Made by a program: the position numbers and the translations under genes
Notes under the pieces: model-generated
Seen by the model: only the letters and a program-made list of their open reading frames with translations
Told to the model about the DNA's origin: nothing
Databases searched by the model: none
Shown here: piece after piece, positions 22,626 to 34,560 of the stretch
Layout of the letters: each line of letters begins with the position of its first letter
Numbering within the stretch: position 1 is the stretch's first letter
From: Octopus bimaculoides
Taxonomy: Eukaryota
Length of the DNA: 39,329 nt
Assembly (NCBI RefSeq): GCF_001194135.2
Contig: NC_068987.1
Location: 17,987,484 to 18,026,812 of the forward strand
Direction of reading: 5' to 3'

Positions 22626-22635
22626 TGCGCGCGCC
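21826..22635. repeat. Microsatellite-rich block: (TA)n, (CA)n, (TATG)n, long (TG)n at 22520-22622
   Basis: Direct reading; source of the 261-aa ORF 21933-22718. Confidence 0.95.
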
Positions 22636-23103
22636 TTAATGAATGCATGTATGGCATGTGTTCTTCGTTGGTTAATTCCTTTCCTCTCCTCGTCTCCTAT
22701 TTTCTCATACTTTCCCATGGATCCGTTATAGATAGCCTAAAGTAGAGAAAGACAAAAGCAGATACGGAAACAGGCAGAAACAGAAAGGACCAGAGAAAGG
22801 CAGAGAGCGAGAGACGAACAGAGCTCTCTCGATTACGCCATCTCTAATTTAAATACCAAACGACGTTGTCATGTGACAGGTAACTAGAATGCTCTTCCAT
22901 GAAGGTACATATTCTTTCATGTTTCCTTATTATTCCTATAGTTTGTTGTAGTTGTCTTTGTTGCTGTTTACTTGTGTTCTGTTTTCCTTTGTTGTTTGTT
23001 GGTGTGAGGAGTTTCTTGTTTTGTGTTGCTTTTGTCCGTTTGTTTTGCCTTTCTTTGTTTCCTCTTTTAGTTTTTAGTTTTATTTGTGTTTTGCGTGTGT
23101 GTA

Positions 23104-23146
<43 letters not shown>

Positions 23147-23429
23147 NNNNNNNNNNNNNNNNNNNNNNNNNNNNNNNNNNNNNNNNNNNNNNNNNNNNNN
23201 NNNNNNNNNNNNNNNNNNNNNNNNNNNNNNNNNNNNNNNNNNNNNNNNNNNNNNNNNNNNNNNNNNNNCTTTGGATGCTTGACGTCAGCATCTCTGCTTC
23301 TGCACGTTCCACAAGCAATTAGATTAATGCTACGGATCATCATCGCAATATGGTGAATTCAAAGAAAATTAGCTCTGAGGCATGTCTTTCTATAAAACGG
23401 CACCGATCGATACACCACTACCACAACAG

Positions 23430-23443
23430 CAGCAACAACAACG

Positions 23444-23509
<66 letters not shown>

Positions 23510-23510
23510 C
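23430..23510. repeat. (AAC)n-(AAT)n tract
   Basis: Direct reading. Confidence 0.97.
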
Positions 23511-24044
23511 TGATGGTAATAAAGATGTTCTCTTTTACTTGTCACAGGGACATCATATAAGGGAAACATTACAAGAACACTTTCAAAGACAGTTTACAAT
23601 CTTGTGTGGAGAATTATATTTTTAAAAAATGAGGGACAGAATAAGAAAAAGCGGGGAAATGTGATAAAAAGGATATATAATACGTAAAATATGTTAAGAT
23701 ATGAATGATCCAGTTTTCTTAATGGAAGAGAATCTCTAGTTAAGACCAGACAAAAAAGCCCCACTCATCCAGAATCTCACTTACCACCAAGGACACAAAT
23801 CGTCACCTAGCTTTTGTTTCTCAATCTACAGGTGTATGCCTAGGTTAGTTCCATTCACCCCAAACCATTTGACAAATTTACCAGGGTGAGGTGGGGGAGC
23901 ATTTCCTTTTCCAGTTTGATGGGAGTTTGACCGAAGAGAAAAATGCCTGCCCCATAAAGATAATTTTGGTTTATTTTCTAATTAACATTAATAGTAATAA
24001 TTATTAATCACAATAATGGTATTAGTGACATTGATTTATCGTTG

Positions 24045-24425
24045 GGAATGACACTACAACTACTAATACAACTACCACCACTACCACTACCACCACCGCT
24101 ATTACTACTACAACTTCCACCACCACCACCTCTACTACCACTAATATTACCACCACCATTACCACTAATACAATTACTATTACTACTACCTTCACCATCA
24201 TCACCACCACTACTATCACTACTGCTACAATAACTACCGCTAATCCTACTACTACTGCTACAATAACCACCACTACCACTATTACTACTGCTACCACCAC
24301 CACCACTACTACTACCATTACCACCGCTGCTACTACCGCCGCCACCACTACCACCACTACCACCTCCACCATGACGACCACCACCACCACCACTACTATT
24401 ACTACTACTACTATTACTACTACAA
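24045..24425. repeat. Degenerate (ACT/ACC/ATT)n trinucleotide tract
   Basis: Direct reading; yields poly-G/S, poly-V and poly-L/P ORFs. Confidence 0.95.
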
Positions 24426-24481
24426 TCATTTCTAAAAGAAAAGTTGATATCGCTACCGTGGTTGTTGTAATTACTATTACC

Positions 24482-24774
24482 TTTCATGCTACTTGTTTCA
24501 GCCATTGAAGTGCGGCCATGCTAGAGCACCACTTTGTAACGCTTGCACACACAAATCGATCCCAGTTCTTATTTCCAGTCCGGTGCATATTCTATCGGTT
24601 TCTTTTTACCGAACCACTAAGTTTCGAGGAGGTAAGCAAAACAACACCGTTTGCCAAGTGGTGGCGAGGAGTCAAACTCACAGACACGCGGTGATATTCA
24701 CACACATGCAGGCACATATAAACACACAGACACACAGCCAATATATATAAATATATACATATTATGCGACAGGC

Positions 24775-24790
<16 letters not shown>
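24482..24790 (-). mobile_element. SINE family A, 3' module plus internal microsatellite
   Basis: cttgtttcagccattgaagtgcggccatgctagagcacc...aatcgatcccagt...attctatcgg...ccgaaccactaagt...aagtggtgg is colinear with 3035-3210. Confidence 0.85.
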
Positions 24791-24808
<18 letters not shown>

Positions 24809-25379
24809 NNNNNNNNNNNNNNNNNNNNNNNNNNNNNNNNNNNNNNNNNNNNNNNNNNNNNNNNNNNNNNNNNNNNNNNNNNNNNNNNNNNNNNNNNNNN
24901 NNNNNNNNNNNNNNNNNNNNNNNNNNNNNNNNNNNNNNNNNNNNNNNNNNNNNNNNNNNNNNNNNNNNNNNNNNNNNNNNNNNNNNNNNNNNNNNNNNNN
25001 NNNNNNNNNNNNNNNNNNNNNNNNNNNNNNNNNNNNNNNNNNNNNNNNNNNNNNNNNNNNNNNNNNNNNNNNNNNNNNNNNNNNNNNNNNNNNNNNNNNN
25101 NNNNNNNNNNNNNNNNNNNNNNNNNNNNNNNNNNNNNNNNNNNNNNNNNNNNNNNNNNNNNNNNNNNNNNNNNNNNNNNNNNNNNNNNNNNNATATTTCT
25201 ATATTTTTATCCAAAATTTTGACCTGAAAAACACAGTTTTTTTCTACTATTTCTTAATTTTTCATTTTCAATCTTTAACCTTCCGTATGAAGTAATGTCA
25301 TTGTGTATTTGTCTGATCTCCAGGGTACCACAAAATCAAAAAGAATACCAGTGGAGTTAGAAGCTTCTTTACTGGACCG

Positions 25380-25391
25380 TGACTCTCTCTC

Positions 25392-25434
<43 letters not shown>

Positions 25435-25610
25435 CTGCGTCTTTCACACTTTTTCCTTCCTCTCTCTCCACCTGTTCTATTTCTCTCTATCTCATTCTCT
25501 CTCTTTCTCTCCCTCTGTTCTCTCTCAACCTNNNNNNNNNNTATCTCATTCTCTCTCTTTCTCTCCCTCTGTTCTCTCTCAACCTCTCTCTCTCTCAATC
25601 TAACTCTTTT

Positions 25611-25678
<68 letters not shown>
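25380..25678. repeat. (CTAT)n and (CT)n pyrimidine tract
   Basis: Direct reading. Confidence 0.95.
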
Positions 25679-25679
<1 letters not shown>

Positions 25680-25879
25680 TTGATGCTGGTGATGTTTGAT
25701 AATAGTAGGTGATGAGTGAGAAGTGTTGTCTCGATGGTTTCTTTCAAAGGTGGTGATTGTTATGGTTACAGATGACAGGAGAAACAGATGATGATGGTAA
25801 AGTTCGAAGCTGTAGAAGTACTTATATTGTTATAGTGTTGTTGGCGGTTAGCACTCATAGCGTCGACGTAACGCTGTAC

Positions 25880-25888
25880 AGCAGCAGC

Positions 25889-25959
<71 letters not shown>

Positions 25960-25992
25960 CGATGATGGTGATAGTAGTAGCAATAGTAGTAA

Positions 25993-26039
<47 letters not shown>

Positions 26040-26204
26040 CTAGTAGTAGTAGTAGTAGTAGTAGTGGTAGTGGTGGTGGTGGTGATAGTAGTAGCAATAG
26101 TAGTAATAGTAGTAGTAGTAGTACTAGTAGTAGTACTAGTAGTAGTAGTGGCAGCAGCAGCAGCAGTAGTAGTTGTAGTAGTAGTAGCTGTAGTAGTAGT
26201 AGTT

Positions 26205-26245
<41 letters not shown>

Positions 26246-26338
26246 CTACTGGTGGTCGTGGTCGTGTCAGCAGTGGTGGTGGCGGTGGTGGTGGTGAGAT
26301 AGTGGTGGTGAGATAGTGGTGGTGGTGGTGGTGGAATT

Positions 26339-26391
<53 letters not shown>

Positions 26392-26410
26392 TACTGTAGT
26401 AGTAGTAGTA
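25880..26410. repeat. (AGT)n/(GGT)n compound trinucleotide tract
   Basis: Direct reading; source of the poly-S, poly-V, poly-L and poly-T ORFs. Confidence 0.97.
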
Positions 26411-26892
26411 GAATCTTGAACGTATAAACCTTCGATCAAAGAAGATGTTCCAACCGTGGCGATCCAAAGTGTATCATATCTACAGGCAGCATGTTTGTTT
26501 CTCTTTATTTTCATTATCCAAAGAGGGGAAGTCGTTATATGTTGATGATTTAGATGCTATCTCTAGCAGGGCAGGACACCATATACACAAAGAGAGTTAA
26601 CTCTGGTACAAGCGGTATGATGATTGATGTGCTCATAGTTGTAATGGTTGTCGTTGTTGTTTCGGTAGTTATTCGGACAAGGAAACAAAGCATTCGTTAA
26701 GTTAACTTGTGAGAGGCGATAAAAATGGCATCTCAATCAAACATTGACAGTGATAGATGTTTGGCAAAATCAAAAACAAAAGTGAAAGCGTTAGAGAATA
26801 ACGAGATCGATAGCAAAGAATCTTCAGGGTACTGTATATGTGTTTATATATGTTTATATATATATACGTTTATGTGCATACACACGCGGACA

Positions 26893-27116
26893 AACGTGGG
26901 GGACCTAAAAATTTCTTGACTTTGAGTAAAAGAAAATACAGGAGGATCGGTTAATTATGACATTATTCAACATACTTCCCTCTTAGATTCACGCACTAAT
27001 CGCAGAGGTTTTTCAGTTTTTCTAAGCCCAGTAGAAGAACTCGGAAGTTTGGGCCTCCAGCCAAGCCTTTCGCGATACCCTTAAGGCTAGGAACTTTTCA
27101 GAAGAACCCACTCATA
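26893..27116 (+). mobile_element. Mariner-type MITE, full-length (about 224 bp)
   Basis: Left end aacgtgggggacctaaaaatttcttgac; right end gctaggaacttttcagaagaacccactcata. The interior gagtaaaagaaaatacaggaggatcggttaattatga is shared with 6273 and 13021. Confidence 0.85.
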
Positions 27117-27311
27117 TGTGTGTATATATATATATATTTAATATAATATGTGACAGTTATTCGGTTGCCATAATAAAACTCCGAGTTTCGGATTTCCGAG
27201 CGGAAATCTGCTCCGGCATCTCGTCAGTTATTAAGAGAAACAAAAATGCTATGAAAATGACTGTTAAATAAAAGGAAAAAATCCGAAGGGGAAAAAGTAT
27301 ATATATATATA

Positions 27312-27412
27312 TAGGCCTGGTCACCTAGCCAGCGGGCTGGCATCATTCGAAGTGCGTTATGTCCACCAGCGATGTATGGTAACATCCAATCGTCTGATCG
27401 ATAACGTGGTCC

Positions 27413-27418
<6 letters not shown>
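27312..27418. mobile_element. Short GC-richer interspersed element bounded by (TA)n on both sides
   Basis: About 105 bp of complex sequence (ggcctggtcacctagccagcggg...cgtggtcccgtga) between TA runs at 27297-27312 and 27418-27446. Repeat status is from recall only. Confidence 0.4.
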
Positions 27419-27448
<30 letters not shown>

Positions 27449-27582
27449 ACATATGTGAGGAAATATATATATCCATACACATATACACACACATACATAT
27501 ATATACACACATACATACATGCATACATACATACATACATACACACATACATACATACATACATACATACATACATACAATG
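27418..27582. repeat. (TA)n-(TACA)n microsatellite
   Basis: Direct reading. Confidence 0.95.
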
Positions 27583-28949
27583 CAGTCATCTCATTTACAC
27601 TTACAACACTAAGGTCAATTCACAATAACTAAAATAATTTATGTAATAAGTACGCAATACGTAAACTTTAACAGAGACAAAAATTTAGCAATACAGGATA
27701 TAATGACGAAACAAGCAGAAAGCAACAGGATAACAAATGAATGAGCTAATAGAAAAACGATAAGTAAAAACAGGATATGGATTCACAAATTCGATACGAT
27801 TATGCAGCCAACTAGAACCACATCAGTTTCTGTAATTTGCATATTGGTGTAGATATCAGTAAAGCAATTTCTGCAATATATCCAAATTTTACTAAACATG
27901 CTCATAAATTTACGTTATACGCTTATATATCCTACCGCTGTAATGTCCGTATCAATTAATTCACGTTGTTAACATTTCGATTGTTAAGCACAGAAACAAA
28001 AGCCATTTTAGTTCCACCCGAGTGAACGTGCACTATAATTAGAAACAATCTACTATTCTCTGTCACCAGGAGTGAGTAATCAATTTCTGAAGAAACCTTA
28101 TTTATGAAAATCTGTATATAGTTAGATTGAATGTTTTTCTGTTTTGCCCGCCAGAAAATTCCTGCAACTTATTTCACAGAGTTTACGTTGCACAGTAATG
28201 TTTTATATATGCTTATAAACCATATACCCGTAAGTTCACTTTATATACTTGCTTATCTCATAGTTATACATAACATACATCTCTCTCTCACTTACTCACA
28301 CGCTCTCTCTCTCTCTCTCTTTCTGTCTTTATATATATATATAGAAATTTGTATCTTCAGTTACTTTATAGATAGATGGATGTATATCTATATACATATA
28401 TACATATATATATATATNNNNNNNNNNNNNNNNNNNNNNNNNNNNNNNNNNNNNNNNNNNNNNNNNNNNNNNNNNNNNNNNNNNNNNNNNNNNNNNNNNN
28501 NNNNNNNNNNNNNNNNNNNNNNNNNNNNNNNNNNNNNNNNNNNNNNNNNNNNNNNNNNNNNNNNNNNNNNNNNNNNNNNNNNNNNNNNNNNNNNNNNNNN
28601 NNNNNNNNNNNNNNNNNNNNNNNNNNNNNNNNNNNNNNNNNNNNNNNNNNNNNNNNNNNNNNNNNNNNNNNNNNNNNNNNNNNNNNNNNNNNNNNNNNNN
28701 NNNNNNNNNNNNNNNNNNNNNNNNNNNNNNNNNNNNNNNNNNNNNNNNNNNNNNNNNNNNNNNNNNNNNNNNNNNNNNNNNNNNNNNNNNNNNNNNNNNN
28801 NNATATATATTCAGTTATTTTATATGCATTCAGCTAATATATTATGTTATTAAACTGCAATCTGGACTCCTACCAAGTTTTCCTTGCTCAAAACGGTTTA
28901 TACTATACCAAAAATAGAATTTTTAAAAAAATTCTTTGTCTGTCATTTG

Positions 28950-28959
28950 TTCTCTCTCC

Positions 28960-29016
<57 letters not shown>

Positions 29017-29255
29017 CCCGCTCTCTGTTCTCCTCTCTCACTCTCTTTCAGCTGCCAAATCTCTATTCATCGCTGATTCTTCGCTAACTCTTTCCCTTTC
29101 TCCATCACTCACTACTTCTTCTACTTCCTTCTCCCTTACCTTCGATTTCACCCTGTCTCTTTGACCACCTCACTCTCTCTCTCTCTGTCTCTCTCTCTGT
29201 CTCTCTCTCTCTCTCTCACTGTCTCTCTCTCTCTCTCTTTCTCACGCACACACAC
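28950..29255. repeat. (CT)n pyrimidine-rich tracts
   Basis: Direct reading. Confidence 0.92.
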
Positions 29256-29342
29256 ATAGACACAATGCACAATGCTGTTTTCTCCTAAGCTGTCTTCATA
29301 CTTCGTTACTTATAAGACATTTATTCTTCTTCAGGTAATTAA

Positions 29343-29376
29343 TCATCATCATTATCACATTTTATAGCATCATCAC

Positions 29377-29408
<32 letters not shown>

Positions 29409-29760
29409 GATGAAACTCATTTCACATACGTTTTTCCATGCTGGTATGGGTTGTCATGGATTCAGTCAGTTCTCATTTGGAATTACCACCATCTTAGAAA
29501 TGCCAGAGGACCAAATCTTCCTTGTATAACACATTTTGGGTATAATTTCTACAGTACCATCATCATCATCCTCATCATCATCCTCACCACCGCCACCACC
29601 ACGACATCGTCATCATCTTCATTACCATTATCATTATCACTGTCATCGTAAACATCATAATCATCATCATCAACAACACCACCCTCGTTGTGACGATACT
29701 CATCATCATCATCGTCCTAACCAACATCAGGCAACTCCAGTTTTCGCTCACATCATTATT
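29343..29760. repeat. (CAT)n pure and degenerate tracts
   Basis: Direct reading; poly-H/S ORFs. Confidence 0.9.
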
Positions 29761-29793
29761 ATTCTGGGGCTAACGCATCAACATCTCTATTCC

Positions 29794-29985
29794 AACTCGA
29801 CCTCCTGGAAATAACTACCAAATCTCCCTGAAATCGCATATCCCACCGTGTTACAAAATGAAACGTCGTATATTGCTGTCCTCGGTTCCCAACTCAAAAT
29901 GAAAACGACGTGGTAGCCACTGAATGGAATGTCTTTTAATCGTAGGATTAATCAGTAAATTTTGACCTGGGGCTAAACGATAATA
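29794..29985 (+). mobile_element. Interspersed repeat family C
   Basis: ctcgacctcctggaaataactaccaaatctccctgaaatcgc...aatggaatgtcttttaatcgtagg...tgacctggggctaaac. Reverse-strand relatives at 12595, 20878, about 26530-26600 and 37870-37945. Confidence 0.65.
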
Positions 29986-30049
29986 GTAAAAAAACAGTAT
30001 CAGCACAATCGTTAACCGTTTTCTTTTATCTTCCCAAAACGCCATAGTC

Positions 30050-30400
30050 AGCCATCATCATCATAATCGTCATCACTTTTATTTTCATTACTCATGCTAA
30101 CTTCGTTGTCGTCATCATTGTTCTTTGTAGTCTTTTAATAACAATCATGGCCATCGTCATCATCATCATCATCATCATCATACTCTTCAACATCGTTATA
30201 GTAATCACCATCATTATTATCATCATTATAACCATCAACATCATCACAATCGTCGTCATCGACATCATCATAGTCATCATCTTCATCATTCATTACCATC
30301 ATCATCATCATCGTTATCATTTTCACCACCTTCAGTGTCGTCATCATCTCATGTCATCATCGTAATCGCCAAGACATTCATCACTGTCTTCCGCATCATT
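30050..30400. repeat. Degenerate (CAT/CGT)n tract
   Basis: Direct reading. Confidence 0.92.
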
Positions 30401-30929
30401 GTCTTTCTGGGTTTTTTTTCCTTTTATTTTTACTTTTTTCCCTTCCATTGTCTTGTTTGTTTGTTTTTTCTTCTTACTTCCCAAATAGTCTTTCATCGTT
30501 TTCTTTATTCCTTTAACACTTTCAATTTCTAATCAGTTTCCTCATCACATGTTCCTTACATTTGTTCGAGACTGACACTTCACACCTTTTTATCTATTCG
30601 GTATTCCAACAAAGAAAGATGGAGATTTTATTTATTTTTATTATGATCTTCCCAAACTCTAACTGCATTTAAACGGGAAACCAAAAGTGAGTAATTTATA
30701 GTATTGTTGCCAAAGCTGCTACAGAATAAAATGCTAATATCTAGGCTTCAATGAATCGAACATGTCAAAATAACTTTGTGACCTTCGTGCTTTGCTGGAA
30801 GCATTAGAGATACAATGGATGTAGGACCCTGCTTCAGTTGAGGATTCAAATACAGACAAACGTTACGCGCGAGCGAGTATGGCTTGGTAACGTGCACCAT
30901 GGACTTTTGTTGTTTATTTTTGGTGCCTT

Positions 30930-31145
30930 ACGTAGTTCCGAGCAGACATAGATACCCGCACAGCTCTATATTACAGCAGGAAGGAGAAAGAGCGGCACCG
31001 ACACCCGGTTGTAGCCATTAGAGCCGTGCAGACTGGAAGAACGCGAAATAAGGTGCTTTGCACGGGGATGCAACACGCAACCCGGTCCAGTAATTGAACG
31101 CGCGGCTTTGTGATCATAAACTAAACCACTCAAAAACTAGACACG
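30930..31145 (-). mobile_element. SINE family D, diverged
   Basis: The reverse complement of gaaataaggtgctttgcacggggatgcaacacgcaacccggtccagtaattgaac...ctaaaccact resembles the heads at 36403 and 36770 (ttgtgttcttcagcaagacactttt). Confidence 0.55.
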
Positions 31146-31464
31146 TGTTTTCATGAAGCATTGAAATCACATAATGTTTTCGCTCCACCATAGCTTTACC
31201 CCTCTCTCTCTCTCTCTCTCTCTCCAGTTCTCACAACAAATATATAAGAAAGATATGAATTTTATCTCTGACCATTAAACTGCTCTAAGCTTTCTAACAA
31301 ACGTGAAATTACGTACCGGGAGATGATCTGCCAGAAACAACAGCTAAGTCTTCCTCACACCAAACCTTACAGTCTTAAGATGAAAGAAAGAAAAATCTTG
31401 ATGATGTACCCCGAGAATAAATTATACCCACTCCTCTAAAAATGGTGAGAAAATGTCTTGTATG

Positions 31465-31565
31465 AAAATTCGTTCCTGTAGCTCTGTGTTCGAATCATAC
31501 CAAAGAAGCACTTGTCTTTCATCCTTGGATAAATCGATGAAATAGCACTAAAATGGAGCCCAATA
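31465..31565 (+). mobile_element. SINE family B fragment
   Basis: ctctgtgttcgaatcatacc...cttgtctttcatccttgg...tcgatgaaatagcac. Confidence 0.6.
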
Positions 31566-31839
31566 AATCAATTGAACGCAATGATACCCTATTGTTAAGT
31601 GTGGTGGACCTTCTACGAGGTTCAAAATCAATCGAAAACCACAAATTCATCGGTGAGAGGGTTTAAGAATGATTGAGTTCCTTCCTGTGTGTGATTGGTT
31701 TATCTTTTATTGGTTTCCAACAGAACAAACTGGAAGTTTGATTATGGTTGGACAATAAAGTAAAGCGTTAGGGGACGGAACTCGGTATAGCATTTAACAT
31801 CTATCGCCATATTTGTATCTAGTTTTAAAATGAGGAAAA

Positions 31840-31935
31840 ACAATATCAGTACTTTACTTGCACGTTATATTATCGATTCTGAAAGGATGAAATTCAAAGA
31901 TGGTCGCAGTGGGATTTGAACTCAGAACGTGAATT
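31840..31935 (-). mobile_element. SINE family B fragment
   Basis: tattatcgattctgaaaggatgaaattcaaag...gggatttgaactcagaacgtgaa. Confidence 0.75.
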
Positions 31936-32104
31936 CATTAACACATAGGTCTACAGATAAATGTGTATGTATGCGTGTGTGTATTTATGTTTTTGTGTAT
32001 TTGTGGGTACGAATGCATGAGTATGGGTAATCTTCAATACAATGATATACATGCAATATACCCCTAGAATATTTTTTATCAAAATGATATCACCAAATAC
32101 ATAA

Positions 32105-32154
32105 TATCAATATATATGTGTATGTGTGTGTATTTGTGTATGTATACATGCATG

Positions 32155-32233
<79 letters not shown>

Positions 32234-32325
32234 ATGCATGTATGTATGTATGTATATGAATGTATACACATACATGCGTAAATATGTGTGTATGCATATT
32301 GTTGTGTGTGTGTGTGTAACATAGG
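32105..32325. repeat. (TA)n-(TG)n-(TATG)n compound microsatellite
   Basis: Direct reading. Confidence 0.95.
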
Positions 32326-32809
32326 CACATATGTGCTCTTCATATGTGTATGTCCACGTTTGGGTGTATTGTTTGCACGAGATATTGTGTATGGACTGGC
32401 GCTTCAACAGGAGACTTGTTTCACTTAAGTACGTATATATTTATTCTCGATGATGAATGAGATTTAGATGGTGGATGGTATATTTCTAATTCACATGAAC
32501 AGTTTTTTTTTTTGTTTAGTGGTAATATTTTAAGTTTTTCTCTGTTATTTCTTGTTACTTTTTTTATTTTATCTTTCTTTTATTTCTTTACATTGTTTGA
32601 ATGAAATATATAAGGGAATGCTATATATATAAAGGTCTCTTTTCCTATGAATATTAAAATATGCATTCTATGAAACGCATACTTATTTCGTATGGACAGC
32701 AGCTTTGATCTGGTAGCTTAAAAAAAACACAAGAGCAAAATGATTGCTATATTAATAATACGTTAATGACAACAACGACAACGATGATGACGACAACCAT
32801 AACAACCAT

Positions 32810-32990
32810 TTCTAATTTAGGAACAGAGCCAGAAGTTTTTGAGAAGAGGAGGTTAGTCGATAGCCTCGACCCCCGTGCGTGATTGCTAAATAACTTTGTT
32901 GATAAGGTAAGGTTGAAAAGCAAAGTTGACCTCGACCGGATTTGAACTTAAAATGTGAAGATCTGGGGAAAATATCACAAGACATTTACT
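32810..32990 (-). mobile_element. SINE family B, diverged
   Basis: gccagaagtttttgagaagaggaggttagtcgatagcctcgaccccc...gcaaagttgacctcgaccggatttgaactta. Confidence 0.75.
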
Positions 32991-32994
32991 GTCA

Positions 32995-33372
32995 ATAGTA
33001 ATAATAATGGTTTCTTTTATTGGCCACAAGGGCTCAAAACATGAAGGACTATATCGAAGGATGAGTTACTGCACACACAAAAAAATTTACAAAGACATAT
33101 GGGGTTAACATCAATCAGGGGAAGCTACTACTACATTAAATGCTATAACAGGGGATATACAATAGAAAGTAGAGAAATAAATAAATAAATAAATAGAATC
33201 CTCAAAAGCGGGACAGTTCACTTAGGGTAATCCGGGGTAAACCCCACTCAAAAATCCTGGATTACTCTACCATCTCAAAGGCCTCTTCCAGTTTCTTCCA
33301 GTTATTTCCCTCCTGCTTGGAAAAGCATATTCAGAGTAGATCCATTCAGTCTCACCAGTCTTGTCACTGTCA
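32995..33372 (-). mobile_element. 3' end of a LINE (possibly L1/Tx1-like): last codons, 3' UTR, AATAAA and (ATT)n tail
   Basis: The minus strand ends ...gtggccAATAAAagaaaccattattatt and begins TVTRLVRLNGSTLNMLFQAGGK*. The clade is from recall. A possible older relative lies at about 23520-23800. Confidence 0.5.
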
Positions 33373-33379
33373 ACCATCT

Positions 33380-33670
33380 TTTGATACGAAGCTAAATGGC
33401 TGCTATAAGATTAGAGCAATTAACACATGGGCGGTTGCTTTGATGAGATATGGGGCAGGTATAGTATCTTTGAAGAAGCATGAATTACAAGAGACAGACC
33501 GGAGAACACGTAAACTAATGACAAGGAACAAGGAACTACACCCCCAAAGGTGATGTGTCAATATTGTATGTAAAGAGGAAAGAAGCACGGGGATTAGTGT
33601 GTTGTGAAGGTTGTGCAAAGGAAGAGAAGAGCCTGGCTTGGTATGTTAAGGGGAGTAAAGAAAAAAATGA
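33380..33670 (+). mobile_element. R4/Dong-clade non-LTR retrotransposon fragment (post-RT region), one +1 frameshift
   Basis: TKLNGCYKIRAINTWAVALMRYGAGIVSLKKHELQETDRRTRKLMTRNKELHP, frameshift in the C-run at 33541-33545, then KGDVSILYVKRKEARGLVCCEGCAKEEKSLAWYVKGSKEK. This closely matches R4/Dong motifs KLN..N.I.AINT.AV..LRY..G, LDRKTRK.MT...LHP.SDV.RLY..RK.GGRGL. Confidence 0.88.
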
Positions 33671-33694
33671 TTGTTGTGGTTGGTTAGTATAACG

Positions 33695-34095
33695 ATAGCA
33701 TCAACAACACCATCAACAATGCATTAGTGAAAAGATAAACAGTCACCGCCCTATCATCGACGACGTCGCCGTCGTCATCAACATCAACACCATCAATATC
33801 AACGCCATCACCATCATCATTATCATCAGCATCGCCACCACTACGACTACCACCATTATCACCAACAGCATTATCGTAGAAGAAGAAGAAGAAGAAGAAG
33901 AAGAAGAAGAAGAAGAAGAAGAAGAAGAAGAAGAAGAAGAAGAAGAAGAAGAAGAAGAAGAAGAAGAAGAAGAAGAAGAAGAAGAAGAAGAAGAAGAAGA
34001 AATATGAGGAGTTGGTGAAGTTGGAGAATAACAATAACAAAAAAATTATGATAGAGACGAAGAGGAGGACGCCGACGACAATGATGACAACGATT

Positions 34096-34141
<46 letters not shown>

Positions 34142-34184
34142 CGACGATGATGACAATGACGATGAGGAAGATGATGATGAAGAC

Positions 34185-34234
<50 letters not shown>

Positions 34235-34250
34235 CAATGACGATGAGGGC

Positions 34251-34288
<38 letters not shown>

Positions 34289-34456
34289 CGATGATGATGA
34301 TGAAAAAGAAAAAGAACATGAATGTCGAGGTGGAGTATAAGAAGCACAAATAGCATGAACCGCAGAGAAAAACAAGAAGAGCTACAAATGTATCAGCATC
34401 AACGAGAAGCTGTAGAAAAGCAACTCGCCCACAACGACAGCGTGAACGACAGCGTG

Positions 34457-34505
<49 letters not shown>

Positions 34506-34560
34506 TAAAGAACAAACATAACAAGAATAACAGAAGCATTTAGAGAGAGCGAGAGAGAGT
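33695..34560. repeat. Compound trinucleotide block: (CAT/CAC)n degenerate, (GAA)41 at 33879-34001, (GAT)n, (AAC)n
   Basis: Direct reading; source of the 317-aa ORF 33684-34637. Confidence 0.97.

Noticed and set aside
21933-22718. 261-aa His/Thr/Tyr/Ile-rich ORF
   Set aside because: (CA)n and (TACA)n translation artefact.
23520-23900. Possible second Tx1-like LINE 3' end on the minus strand
   Set aside because: Only patchy similarity to 33010-33260; not enough to list as a feature.
24008-24505. Gly/Ser-rich 165-aa ORF resembling a structural protein
   Set aside because: It comes from a degenerate (ACT/ACC)n tract open in several frames, and its start lies inside a SINE A fragment.
25488-25585. 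Exact 44-bp direct repeat on both sides of a 10-N gap
   Set aside because: Typical unmerged contig overlap (negative gap), not a biological duplication.
25757-26514. Poly-Ser, poly-Val, poly-Leu and poly-Thr ORFs
   Set aside because: (AGT)n microsatellite read in different frames.
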